Part shown: piece after piece, positions 1 through 7,914 of the stretch
Numbering within the stretch: the first letter of the stretch is position 1
Layout: each line of letters begins with the position of its first letter
DNA from: an uncultured Acidimicrobiales bacterium
GTDB taxonomy: Bacteria > Actinomycetota > Acidimicrobiia > Acidimicrobiales > CATQHL01
Assembly: GCA_958295925.1 (NCBI GenBank)
Contig: OY282384.1
Location: 1,572-65,571 of the forward strand
Direction of reading: 5' to 3'
DNA: 64,000 bases
Notes under the pieces: generated by a model
Seen by the model: only the letters and a program-made list of their open reading frames with translations
What the model was told of the DNA's origin: nothing
Database searches by the model: none
Made by a program: the position numbers and the translations under genes

Positions 1-1
1 A

Positions 2-139
2 CTCCGCGGCTACGTGCCGGGATTCCTGGAAGGATTTCATATCGGCATCGCCGAGGAGCTGGCCGACCAGGCCTGGGAGAGCCGAACCATCGACTACGAC
101 GACGTCTATAAGGGCATCAGCTACCGGTACACCGCGTAG
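2..139 (+). CDS. 3-prime end of a gene truncated by the window edge, function unknown
   Basis: Frame open from position 2 (..GYVPGFLEGFHIGIAEELADQAWESRTIDYDDVYKGISYRYTA), ends TAG 137-139. Confidence 0.4.
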   Translation, partial: LRGYVPGFLEGFHIGIAEELADQAWESRTIDYDDVYKGISYRYTA

Positions 140-304
140 CCGTAGAGCTGCCCAGCCATAGACCCGCCCAGCAGGGAAACCGACCCCACCGGGCGGCCCA
201 AGGCCCCATCCCAACGCCCCATGCCGTCAAATCAGTAAAGTGAAAGAAGGAGGCAGCCCGCCACGAACTATCCCAAACTCCTGGACCTGGGCGACCCCAA
301 GGAG

Positions 305-751
305 GTGAACCGGCTCTACTCGGAGCAGGACTTCGAACAACTCAGCCCGGGCCGGCAGGAGCACCTGCTCAAGCGGCTGATCACCGACCTGGCCGAGTTC
401 AAGAGCCTGAAAGCCTCCACCCTGTGGCTCAGCGACCCGGCCCAGAGCGGCGACACCGGACAATACGGGAACTTCCCCGAACCCCTGGTCCAGGCCGGAG
501 TGGGAGCCAGCTTCCACGTCCGCAACCTGACCGGAATCTTCAACCAGAAGGGCAAATACTGGAGCATCGGCATGGCGCTGCACGGCAGCTACGTCGCCGA
601 CCACGTCGCCGCCGACAAGCTGGCCAACCTGCACCAGCACCTGCCAAGGATGCTGGAACTCTTCCGGACCCGCGCCGACCGGGCCGGGACCTTCGAGTAC
701 GCCGGACCGACCCAGCAACTGGCAGCAGGAGGCGCCCCGCCATGGAGCTGA
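305..751 (+). CDS. hypothetical protein, family A copy 1
   Basis: Track ORF; aligns with next gene (KEVNRLYSEQDF/KEVHRLYPEQEF, STLWLSDP/STLWLTDP, PEPLVQAG in both). Conserved LDLGDPKEV lies upstream of GTG 305, and AGGAGG 248-253 is followed only by in-frame ACG 263, so the real start is probably 5-prime of 305. Confidence 0.6.
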   Translation: MNRLYSEQDFEQLSPGRQEHLLKRLITDLAEFKSLKASTLWLSDPAQSGDTGQYGNFPEPLVQAGVGASFHVRNLTGIFNQKGKYWSIGMALHGSYVADHVAADKLANLHQHLPRMLELFRTRADRAGTFEYAGPTQQLAAGGAPPWS

Positions 752-1227
752 CCAGCCCGACCCGGATAGACCTGGACAACCCCAAGGAAGTCCACCGACT
801 CTACCCGGAACAGGAGTTCAACCGACTGACCCCAGACCAGCAGGCCCAGCTGCTCCAACAGCTGCTCGACGACCTGACGAAAGAAGACAAGCTGGACCAG
901 TCCACCCTCTGGCTCACCGACCCCGGGCGAGTGGGCTACGCCGGCCCCCGCGGCACCTACCCGGAACCGCTGGTCCAAGCCGGAGCAGGCACCAGCTTCA
1001 GCGTCCGCAAGCTCTCCCCAATACTCTACGGCGGAGGCCACGACTCTCACAGCATCGGATATGCGCTGCCGAACAGCTGGGTCGACGACCGCTGGAGAGC
1101 CGTCAGCCCGCTGAACGACCTGCACCGGCACATCCCGGAGCTGCTGGAAGAACGTCGACCGCGCAGGGTGGAACTAGGCGTAGACCACCGCCCACCGAAG
1201 GAAGGAACCCCCACCCCAGGCAGGTAA
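742..1227 (+). CDS. hypothetical protein, family A copy 2
   Basis: ATG 742 inside track ORF 424..1227 (upstream part is Arg/Pro-rich off-frame junk); paralog of 305..751; overlaps previous stop by 10 nt. Confidence 0.65.
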   Translation: MELTSPTRIDLDNPKEVHRLYPEQEFNRLTPDQQAQLLQQLLDDLTKEDKLDQSTLWLTDPGRVGYAGPRGTYPEPLVQAGAGTSFSVRKLSPILYGGGHDSHSIGYALPNSWVDDRWRAVSPLNDLHRHIPELLEERRPRRVELGVDHRPPKEGTPTPGR

Positions 1228-1269
1228 AACCGTATCCTAAACGCTATATAAAGAAGGAGGAACTAAACG

Positions 1270-1434
1270 ATGCTACATCAACTTTCCGAAGGCCGCATCC
1301 CCGGACGGCCGAACACCCAAGGGACCAGCCCCCAGGAAGAACTGATCCGGCTCCGGCTGGAAGAGATTAAGCGCGAACGCCGGGAGCACGTCCGCCATCA
1401 GCGGCAACTCGGCCAAGCCCAGGAGTCCGCCTAA
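1270..1434 (+). CDS. small hypothetical protein (54 aa)
   Basis: AAGGAGG at about 1253-1259, ATG 1270, MLHQLSEGRIPGRPNTQGTSPQEELIRLRLEEIKRERREHVRHQRQLGQAQESA, TAA 1432-1434; below the track length cutoff. Confidence 0.45.
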   Translation: MLHQLSEGRIPGRPNTQGTSPQEELIRLRLEEIKRERREHVRHQRQLGQAQESA

Positions 1435-1458
1435 GGGCAGAGTCCCTCAGGGACGACA

Positions 1459-1480
1459 CAGGGGGCCATACCGCCCCCTG
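1459..1480. terminator. GC hairpin between convergent genes
   Basis: CAGGGGG-N8-CCCCCTG perfect 7-bp stem between + stop 1434 and - stop 1488; no clear U-tract. Confidence 0.35.
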
Positions 1481-1487
1481 ACGCCCC

Positions 1488-2597
1488 CTAGGCCACCACT
1501 ACGCCGCCCAGGAGTAGGCCCACGCCCCAGCCACCCACAGAGCCAGGGCCAAGCCCCAACCAGGCCGCCAGCCGCCCCGAAACCAGGTTGACCATGAGAT
1601 TGGCCGCCACAATGGCCGCCGTCCCCACGATGAGAAAGTCCACCCGGGCCACCCCGATGCCCAGGAAAAAGGCCAGCCAGACCAGACTGGCCGCCGGCGT
1701 CACATACCCCAGGGCATTCACTCCCAGATTGTCAGTCAACGTATTGGCGATGCGGAACAGGACGCCCCCGGCGGCAATCAACAGCCCGCCCCCGCCGGCA
1801 ACGACCACCAGGTCCAGGGACATGGCTTCACCCCAGGCCACGCCCAGACCCAGCGTGACCACCCCGCTGGCCAAGCTGCTCAGCATATAGCCCACGATAA
1901 CGCCGAAAATCGCCAGCGAACCCGGAGTGTAACCGGCCACCGGGGCACCCCCAAGGCCAGCGACTGGAACAGCCCGCAACCGGTCAACCAAGTCCCGCGC
2001 CCAGCGGAAGGTGAACGCGGAAAAAGAAGAAGCCAACGCCGCGGCTACCGCCAGGCCCAAGCCGACCGCCAGCGTAGAGAAACCAGCATCTCCCAGCGCC
2101 AGCCCGCCGGTCTGACTGGCCACCACGAACCCCACCCCGGCGAAGACTACGACCAGAGAAGGCGCCATCGCCCGAAAGTTCCGCCGGTACTGGCCCAGCC
2201 GAAAGAGCCGAGCCATGAGTATTATCATCAAGATCGGCCAGAGCTCATACAAGACCGCCGATACTGATATATCAACGAACTGCGCCGACGCGGCCAGAAA
2301 AGCCAGGTCGAAGTAGCTCAGCAGCGAGAAGAACATGGTCCAGCGGACCGCGCTGCGGGCTATTATTGAACATACCCCCGCATTAACCAGCAAAGACCGA
2401 TACCCGGCCGCCAGCGCCACCAAACAGCCCAGGACTATGCCCATCCGCATCGTCGCATTGAACAAGAGCGGGCTATCCACACCGCCGCTGCGGGCCACCG
2501 CCAACGGCAGAAAGGGCAATAACAGAACGGCGACGAACATCAAAGCCGTCGCCTTCAGATTGGCCCCGCCCTGTATTGGTTGCTGCGCTGCTACCAC
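1488..2597 (-). CDS. polytopic membrane protein, DMT/EamA-like transporter (copy 1 of 3)
   Basis: 369 aa, about 10 hydrophobic helices in two halves; protein-level conservation with 23700..24848 and 36379..37495 (TDNLGVNALGYVTPAASLVWL / TDNLGINGLAYLVPVLSLAWL / TDNVGVLSLAYLAPLFTLAWL). Family assignment by resemblance only. Confidence 0.65.
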   Translation of the reverse strand: MVAAQQPIQGGANLKATALMFVAVLLLPFLPLAVARSGGVDSPLLFNATMRMGIVLGCLVALAAGYRSLLVNAGVCSIIARSAVRWTMFFSLLSYFDLAFLAASAQFVDISVSAVLYELWPILMIILMARLFRLGQYRRNFRAMAPSLVVVFAGVGFVVASQTGGLALGDAGFSTLAVGLGLAVAAALASSFSAFTFRWARDLVDRLRAVPVAGLGGAPVAGYTPGSLAIFGVIVGYMLSSLASGVVTLGLGVAWGEAMSLDLVVVAGGGGLLIAAGGVLFRIANTLTDNLGVNALGYVTPAASLVWLAFFLGIGVARVDFLIVGTAAIVAANLMVNLVSGRLAAWLGLGPGSVGGWGVGLLLGGVVVA

Positions 2598-2715
2598 AAT
2601 GGCAAGTATAATTGCACCGACCGGCCTGGATTACTAAACCCCAGCTAAACGGCCGGCAAGCTACCCAGCAGAACCCCACGGCCAACGGGGCTCCACCGCG
2701 ATACGAAGGATGTAA

Positions 2716-3231
2716 ATGGACATGACCACCCTGGAAACCCCGACTCTGGGGCCCGAGAGGAAAGAGGAGATAGCCCTCCTGGACAACGAGCTCTTCCACC
2801 AGCACCCCCGCAGCCAGCAGCTGGCCATACTGGCCACGCTAGGCACACCCTTCCCGGAGCAGCCCGACCTGGAACGCGCCACCCTGCTGCTGACCGACCC
2901 GGAGCTGACCGAGAAGCTGACCAGGAAACGGGAAGCCGGCGAACCAATCCAGGACCAGGACAAGAGCTACGGCGGCGTGATAGTTGAATTCTTCGTCGAA
3001 AGATTGATGGACGACGAGGAAGGCGCCGGCGACCCCCATCCCGCCAAAGCCGAAGGCTACTACTACACCGTCGGCTGGTCGGAGGACTCCAGCATCAGCT
3101 GGGATTATTTGCACAACCTGGACGAACTCCAAGGCCCCATCCTGGCGAAGCTCCTGGAAGACTACCTGACCCAGAAGGAAATCGGCTGGGAGGCCTATTG
3201 GTCCCAGCGACCCGCCGACAAGGAGGAATAA
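2716..3231 (+). CDS. hypothetical acidic protein, family B copy 1
   Basis: Track ORF; tandem paralog of 3234..3698 (METPTxG, LFHQ, ATLG, VGW, LDxL, ILxxLLEDYL/LEEILDDYL). Confidence 0.65.
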   Translation: MDMTTLETPTLGPERKEEIALLDNELFHQHPRSQQLAILATLGTPFPEQPDLERATLLLTDPELTEKLTRKREAGEPIQDQDKSYGGVIVEFFVERLMDDEEGAGDPHPAKAEGYYYTVGWSEDSSISWDYLHNLDELQGPILAKLLEDYLTQKEIGWEAYWSQRPADKEE

Positions 3232-3233
3232 GC

Positions 3234-3698
3234 ATGACACCGACCATGGAAACCCCGACTTACGGGGAACAAGCCACGCCCTGCAGAGAAGAGAGAGCCT
3301 ACCTGCCAGCGAAGCTCTTCCACCAGCAGACCCGCACCAAGCAGCTGGAACTGCTAGCCACCCTGGGCAATCCCCTAGCCCGGAACCCGGAATTGAACCG
3401 CACGGTTCTCTACTTGACCAAGTCCGGGCAGTCCGAAAAACCGATCGCCGAGTTCTTCATCGAACGCAAGCGCCAACCGCCCGGCTGCCCCTGGGTCATC
3501 GTCGGCTGGGACCAGGAAGTCAGCTCCACTCTCAGTAGCGAGTGCCTGCCCAGCCTGGACGACCTGGACCGCGCCAAGCTGGAGGAGATACTGGACGACT
3601 ACCTGGACCAGCGCGCCCAGGCAAAAGCCGAACAGCGGGAACGCAAGCGGTCCAAGGCCGCGCAACTACTGCTGGCCCCGCTGTTGGGCGGCTTCTAG
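3234..3698 (+). CDS. hypothetical protein, family B copy 2
   Basis: ATG 3234 seven nt after AAGGAGG 3220-3226 (inside the end of the previous gene); MTPTMETPTYGE parallels MDMTTLETPTLGPE. Confidence 0.65.
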   Translation: MTPTMETPTYGEQATPCREERAYLPAKLFHQQTRTKQLELLATLGNPLARNPELNRTVLYLTKSGQSEKPIAEFFIERKRQPPGCPWVIVGWDQEVSSTLSSECLPSLDDLDRAKLEEILDDYLDQRAQAKAEQRERKRSKAAQLLLAPLLGGF

Positions 3699-3727
3699 CC
3701 AGAGAGAACAAGGCGCTGCCTTTTTTC

Positions 3728-3775
3728 TTTCCCGGTTTGGGGCCGTGTTGGGGTCCCGCGTTTCGGCGGGGTTCC
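3728..3775 (+). repeat. intergenic TTTCCCGGTT element, copy 1 (long form)
   Basis: tttcccggtttggggccgtgttggggtcccgcgtttcggcggggtt; about 80% identical to copies at 61766 and 62561. Confidence 0.6.
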
Positions 3776-3813
3776 CGACAGGGCAGAGAGACTTGACCAA
3801 CAGACCATCCGCC

Positions 3814-3860
3814 GCTGGGCGAAGGGAGTTAAGCCTTCCTTCGCCCAGCGGCCTTTTTTT
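3814..3860 (+). terminator. rho-independent terminator
   Basis: GCTGGGCGAAGG / CCTTCGCCCAGC perfect 12-bp stem, 12-nt loop, then 7 T (3854-3860). Confidence 0.75.
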
Positions 3861-3911
3861 ACTGCCCCGCATTGTACCGGCCTACCCACCGGCCGGAAAG
3901 GAGAACTAACT

Positions 3912-4151
3912 ATGAGAACCACCCAAGCGACCATCACCGCCACGGAGCAGGCCGACCTGGAGCGGGTCCGCCGCCTGATTACCCGGAACTCGGACGGCCT
4001 GGCCAGTTGCTACGAATGCAACCGCGACTTCCCCGCCCGGGAACTCATCATCACCCGCTACTACGACGCTCACCGCATCGAATGCGAGGAGTGCCAAGCC
4101 CGCCGGGAGATGATAGAAGAACAAACCGACGTCTTCTACGCGTCAAGATAA
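3912..4151 (+). CDS. small zinc-ribbon-like protein
   Basis: GGAAAGGAG SD; 79 aa with CYEC..(36 aa)..CEEC. Confidence 0.6.
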   Translation: MRTTQATITATEQADLERVRRLITRNSDGLASCYECNRDFPARELIITRYYDAHRIECEECQARREMIEEQTDVFYASR

Positions 4152-4363
4152 CCGCCCGGCGTAGAAAAGACCCTCCGGCCCATCCTTACGAATTCCATTC
4201 ATTGGAAACAACGAAACATCCACGTTTCGTCCCCTGACGGGAATCACGGATTTCGTAAGGATGAGACCATGAGCATACTATTGAGGACCACCAGCCCCAA
4301 CGCTAAACCGCCGGCCCACCCCCCAGGGCTAACCAGCCCGACGCCGGCCATAAGGAGGCAGAT

Positions 4364-4837
4364 ATGCCCGCACCGCGAAATACCGAAGCCCCGGCCCACT
4401 ACGAAGACATCCTGCACCAGTGGCCCGACTGCCCCGGCTGCCAGGCCGCACAGCCCATACCCTACGGCTGCTACGTATGCCGCCAGACCGACCGGCCCAG
4501 CGCGACCTGGTCCGCCTTCCATCCGGGAGCCTGGCTCTGCCGGGAATGCCGGAGCAGCGTCTACGCCGCCGACCCGGTGCGCTACCAGTTCGACTTGGAA
4601 AGCATCCTGGCGCTGCCCGACTTCGACCGCTTCCTGCAGGGCGCCGTCCCCCTGGGCCGGCAGCTCCGCGAGGAGCTGGAGAACCAGGCCCAGGGCTGCC
4701 ATACCTGCGGCAACGACAAGGTAGACAACAGCCACCGGCTGACCATCGCCGCCGGCGGCTATTGGCTCTGCCCCAATTGCGTCTATGCCATGTCGCTGGA
4801 GAACATCGCCCGCGCCGCCGGAGTGCCTACCAACTAG
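4364..4837 (+). CDS. Cys-rich (multi CxxC) protein
   Basis: TAAGGAGG SD, ATG 4364; CPGC, CYVC, CREC, CHTC, CPNC pairs. Confidence 0.6.
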   Translation: MPAPRNTEAPAHYEDILHQWPDCPGCQAAQPIPYGCYVCRQTDRPSATWSAFHPGAWLCRECRSSVYAADPVRYQFDLESILALPDFDRFLQGAVPLGRQLREELENQAQGCHTCGNDKVDNSHRLTIAAGGYWLCPNCVYAMSLENIARAAGVPTN

Positions 4838-4889
4838 GCCCCGGCCGGCCCCGGCAGGACCCAAACTAGATTCTCAGGAGGTGAACCCT

Positions 4890-5042
4890 ATGCCTACCCT
4901 AGCGCAACGGGAAGCTGCCGCCGCCCGCGTCCGGCAGTCGCAAGCCCAAGAGGAAAACGCCCGCCAGGGGCTTCTTCCCGGTTTGCCGCCGAGTTACACC
5001 AGACTTGGTGGGAACCAGTATTTTGGGAACCCAGTATTATAG
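4890..5042 (+). CDS. small hypothetical protein (50 aa)
   Basis: AGGAGG 4876-4881 + 8 nt + ATG 4890 (the optimal pattern in this window); its 3-prime half overlaps element copy at 4984 so the product is uncertain. Confidence 0.4.
   Translation: MPTLAQREAAAARVRQSQAQEENARQGLLPGLPPSYTRLGGNQYFGNPVL
4984..5003 (+). repeat. intergenic TTTCCCGGTT element, short copy
   Basis: gcccgccaggggc hairpin then cttcttcccggtttgccgccg. Confidence 0.45.
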
Positions 5043-5065
5043 AATTTCAGGAGGTGAGAACCATC

Positions 5066-5656
5066 ATGACTCAAGCAACTCTCAGCGGCGGGACCATCAC
5101 CGCGCCCGCCGGAACCAACGTCGTCGTCAATGGCCTCAACATCACCGTGCCCGAAGGCGGGACCGTCAGCTGGGGCGACCAAGCCGCCCAGGCCCCGGCG
5201 GCCTACCCGGGGGCGCAGCACGGCAGCTACCCGTGCCAGACCTTGCCCCGCGTCCAGCGGAACGGCGAAGTGAACCATCCCGGAGTCCACTGGTGCATCT
5301 ACGCCGAGGGCGAGGAGGACCGCATGGACGCCGGCAAGCCCTTCGCCAACCACGACGCCTGGGTCGCGGCCTTCGACGACCTGGTCCTGGACACCAAGAC
5401 CGCCGCCCCCGACGGGATTCATAATTTCACCCTGCGGGGCGACCGCGGCAAGCAGCACCACGGCATCGTGGTCAACAAGGGCCACATCGAGGCCGCCTTC
5501 GCCTGCCAGGCGATTTATATGGCCCACTGCCGGGACAACGACGTCAAGCAGGAGGCCAGCAAAGGCGAGCACCTGCTGAAGAAGTCCGGCTTCCTGCTGG
5601 AGAGAATCGAGTGGGACAGCCTCAAGGGCATCTTCGTCATCGAACTCGGCTGCTAG
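5066..5656 (+). CDS. hypothetical protein, family C copy 1
   Basis: AGGAGGTGAGAACC then ATG 5066 (GTG 5054 is part of the SD); shares APDGxHxF..HG(I/C)VV(N/K)(K/D)G..(I/F)xxL(E/T)WD with 5765 and 6239 genes. Confidence 0.65.
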   Translation: MTQATLSGGTITAPAGTNVVVNGLNITVPEGGTVSWGDQAAQAPAAYPGAQHGSYPCQTLPRVQRNGEVNHPGVHWCIYAEGEEDRMDAGKPFANHDAWVAAFDDLVLDTKTAAPDGIHNFTLRGDRGKQHHGIVVNKGHIEAAFACQAIYMAHCRDNDVKQEASKGEHLLKKSGFLLERIEWDSLKGIFVIELGC

Positions 5657-5764
5657 CCAGCCCCAGGCACCGGCCGCCCCTGGAGAGAGATTACAGCGCA
5701 ACGCTCTATTCCCTTCCCGGGGGCGGCCGCCGGCCCCAAATCTGCACACCAGGAGGTAAGAGTG

Positions 5765-6160
5765 ATGAAGCTCAGCCAATTCAAGCATGAAGTGATGCAA
5801 TGGTCCATATATATGCCCAGCGCCATGGACAACCTACCGAAGTACGGCACGGATAAGCAGTGGCGGGAGGCCTACGACGCCATCGACCTGGATTTGTCGA
5901 CCAACGCCCCAGACGGGAACCACCCCTTCGTCTTCGACGGCGGAGTGCCCGGCCGCTGTCACGGCTGCATCGTCGTCAAGGACGGCCAATTCGACGCCAT
6001 GGCCACCGCCGAGGCCATCCACCAGGCCAGCCTGGCCGAAAAGGAATCCCCCGGCTACAATGAGATGCTCGGCCACGTGGTGCCCTACCACCACCGTTTC
6101 ATCGAGGACCTGACCTGGGACCCGGAGACGGAACTCTTCACCGTGGGACTGGGGTCCTAG
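5765..6160 (+). CDS. hypothetical protein, family C copy 2
   Basis: AGGAGG 5751-5756 + 8 nt + ATG 5765; paralog of 5066 gene; stop TAG 6158 lies in a tandem repeat. Confidence 0.65.
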   Translation: MKLSQFKHEVMQWSIYMPSAMDNLPKYGTDKQWREAYDAIDLDLSTNAPDGNHPFVFDGGVPGRCHGCIVVKDGQFDAMATAEAIHQASLAEKESPGYNEMLGHVVPYHHRFIEDLTWDPETELFTVGLGS

Positions 6161-6192
6161 AGCCCTGGGGTCCTAGAGCCCTGGGGTCCTAG
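6149..6192 (+). repeat. perfect 16-nt tandem repeat, 2.75 copies
   Basis: CTGGGGTCCTAGAGCC at 6149, 6165 and partial at 6181; each unit contains TAG. Confidence 0.9.
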
Positions 6193-6238
6193 CCCAGCCC
6201 CCACAGGGCCATTCCGACAATCAGGAGGAACTAACCTT

Positions 6239-6811
6239 ATGAACAACGCCGAACTGAACCGGCTGCTGGCCCGTCCCACCCAGCTGATCTGGCCGGCCGT
6301 AAAAGTCGCCGGCTTCAGCGAATGGAACACCAGCGCCACCGAGTACGCCGCCGCCAAGCTGCATACCCTGACCGACGCCCCGCCGGGAGTCCACGAGTAC
6401 TATCACCAGACCGGCCGGGAAGACGAAGGCGAAGTACGCCACCAAGGCATCCTGGTCCAAGACAACGGCCACATAGAGCCCTGCTTCTCCATCGGGCAGA
6501 TCTACCGGGAGACCTACCAGCACCTGGTCGAGCACGCCTGGGCCGGCGCCACCGGCGACTACCTGGTCTGGCTGGCGATATATTACATCGACTGGAACCC
6601 GGAACAGCAGGCCTTCAAGGTCATGCTGGAGGCCGCCACCGGCGCGGAGCCGTGGGAACGGAAGCACGTCCGGGAGCAGCCCAACCGCAAGCTGGACCCC
6701 CGCATCAACCACCGGCTGCTGGACTACGCGAAATGGCCCAATGAGGCGCAGCGCCGCCGGCGGGAGTTGAACCTCCCGGCAGAGCTGATGGACGTGGAAT
6801 TCGTCCACTAG
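6239..6811 (+). CDS. hypothetical protein, family C copy 3 (longer C-terminus)
   Basis: AGGAGG + 10 nt + ATG; APPGVHEYY..RHQGILVQDNGHIEP..IDWNPEQQAFKVMLEA aligns to family C. Confidence 0.6.
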   Translation: MNNAELNRLLARPTQLIWPAVKVAGFSEWNTSATEYAAAKLHTLTDAPPGVHEYYHQTGREDEGEVRHQGILVQDNGHIEPCFSIGQIYRETYQHLVEHAWAGATGDYLVWLAIYYIDWNPEQQAFKVMLEAATGAEPWERKHVREQPNRKLDPRINHRLLDYAKWPNEAQRRRRELNLPAELMDVEFVH

Positions 6812-6922
6812 GGAAAGCCTTGATCCCGGCCCCCACGGGCGGTAGAATAGCAGCAGAAAGCCATAGAAGGACACCCAGGCCATTCCACCGCCCCCACCGG
6901 GCCCGAGGAGCCGCCCTGCGCC

Positions 6923-7714
6923 ATGCCGGAAGTGATAAACGACCTGCCTGCGAAGTTTCACCAGCGACTGTTCCAGGAAGACGTGACAGCAGTCCTGAAA
7001 CGCCTGCCCGACGCCTGCCTGGACGTAGTCTACGGCGACCCCGACTACAACGTCGGGATCAAGTATTCAGGCCATTCCTATACCACCGAGTGGCAGGAAT
7101 ACGTGGACTGGTACGTGGAACTGGCTACCCAGTGCCTGCGGGTATTGAAGCCTACGGGTAATTTATTCCTCATCAACTACCCGAAGCAGAACGCCTACCT
7201 CCGAGTCCTGGCCTTGGATAGATTGGCCCACGCGGTCCACGACTACGTCTGGGTCTTCAATACCAACGTGGGGCACTCGCCCCAGCGATTCACGACTGCG
7301 CACCGGTCAATCCTTCACGCGGTGAAGTCGCCGGACAACAACTGGCACAAGGACGCCGTGGCCCAGCCCTACCTGAACCCCCGGGACAAGCGCATCCAGA
7401 CGCGCATCGCCCAAGGCGAAACGGGCCGGATGCCCTACTCCTGGCTGAACTTCGAACTGGTCAAGAACGTCGCCAAGGACAAGACCGAGCATCCCTGCCA
7501 GATTCCGGAAGGCCTTTCGGAGTTATTGCTGAAGGCCGCCGCCCGGCCCGGCGACTCCGCTTTCATCCTATTCGGCGGCTCCGGCTCGGAGGTGCTGCAG
7601 GCAGAGCGACTAGGACTCACCTGGCTGAGCTGCGAACTCTCCACCGAGTTCTGTGAATTGATCGAAAACCGGCTGGCCAAGCAGCGTCAGCTGGAACGCA
7701 GCCGGCTGCTTTAG
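6923..7714 (+). CDS. DNA methyltransferase, beta-class N6-adenine/N4-cytosine type
   Basis: VVYGDPDYNV (DPPY-type motif IV) early, then HPCQIPEGL and FGGSGSE (SAM motif I region) near the C-terminus. Confidence 0.8.
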   Translation: MPEVINDLPAKFHQRLFQEDVTAVLKRLPDACLDVVYGDPDYNVGIKYSGHSYTTEWQEYVDWYVELATQCLRVLKPTGNLFLINYPKQNAYLRVLALDRLAHAVHDYVWVFNTNVGHSPQRFTTAHRSILHAVKSPDNNWHKDAVAQPYLNPRDKRIQTRIAQGETGRMPYSWLNFELVKNVAKDKTEHPCQIPEGLSELLLKAAARPGDSAFILFGGSGSEVLQAERLGLTWLSCELSTEFCELIENRLAKQRQLERSRLL

Positions 7715-7761
7715 GGCGGACACCCCCGCCGCCTTATTAGACTACTTCCCCGAACTCCGCG

Positions 7762-7790
7762 TTTCCCGGTTTCCCAGGCTGTGGCTGAAA
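7762..7790 (+). repeat. intergenic TTTCCCGGTT element, copy
   Basis: ccgcgtttcccggtttcccaggctgtggc in the 200-nt gap after the methylase gene. Confidence 0.5.
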
Positions 7791-7914
7791 GGGAAAACCA
7801 CCCCCCTTACCCCTCCGCTACCGGACACTTCCCCAACTTTATTCATTCCTACCGCCCAAGCCTACTTTCAACACGCCCCTGCTTTAGAAGCCTTCACCGA
7901 AGGAGGAATCACTC

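Noticed and set aside
227-718. Long minus-strand ORFs lying antisense to + strand genes (e.g. 227..718, 4244..4864, 4994..5800, 6221..6961, 25475..26332, 28108..29373, 34050..35261, 39956..41083, 62485..63306)
   Set aside because: The + strand is T-poor, so its complement rarely contains stop codons. These ORFs overlap + genes that have SD sites, motifs or paralogs, and their products are low-complexity G/V/A/L-rich strings with no motifs.
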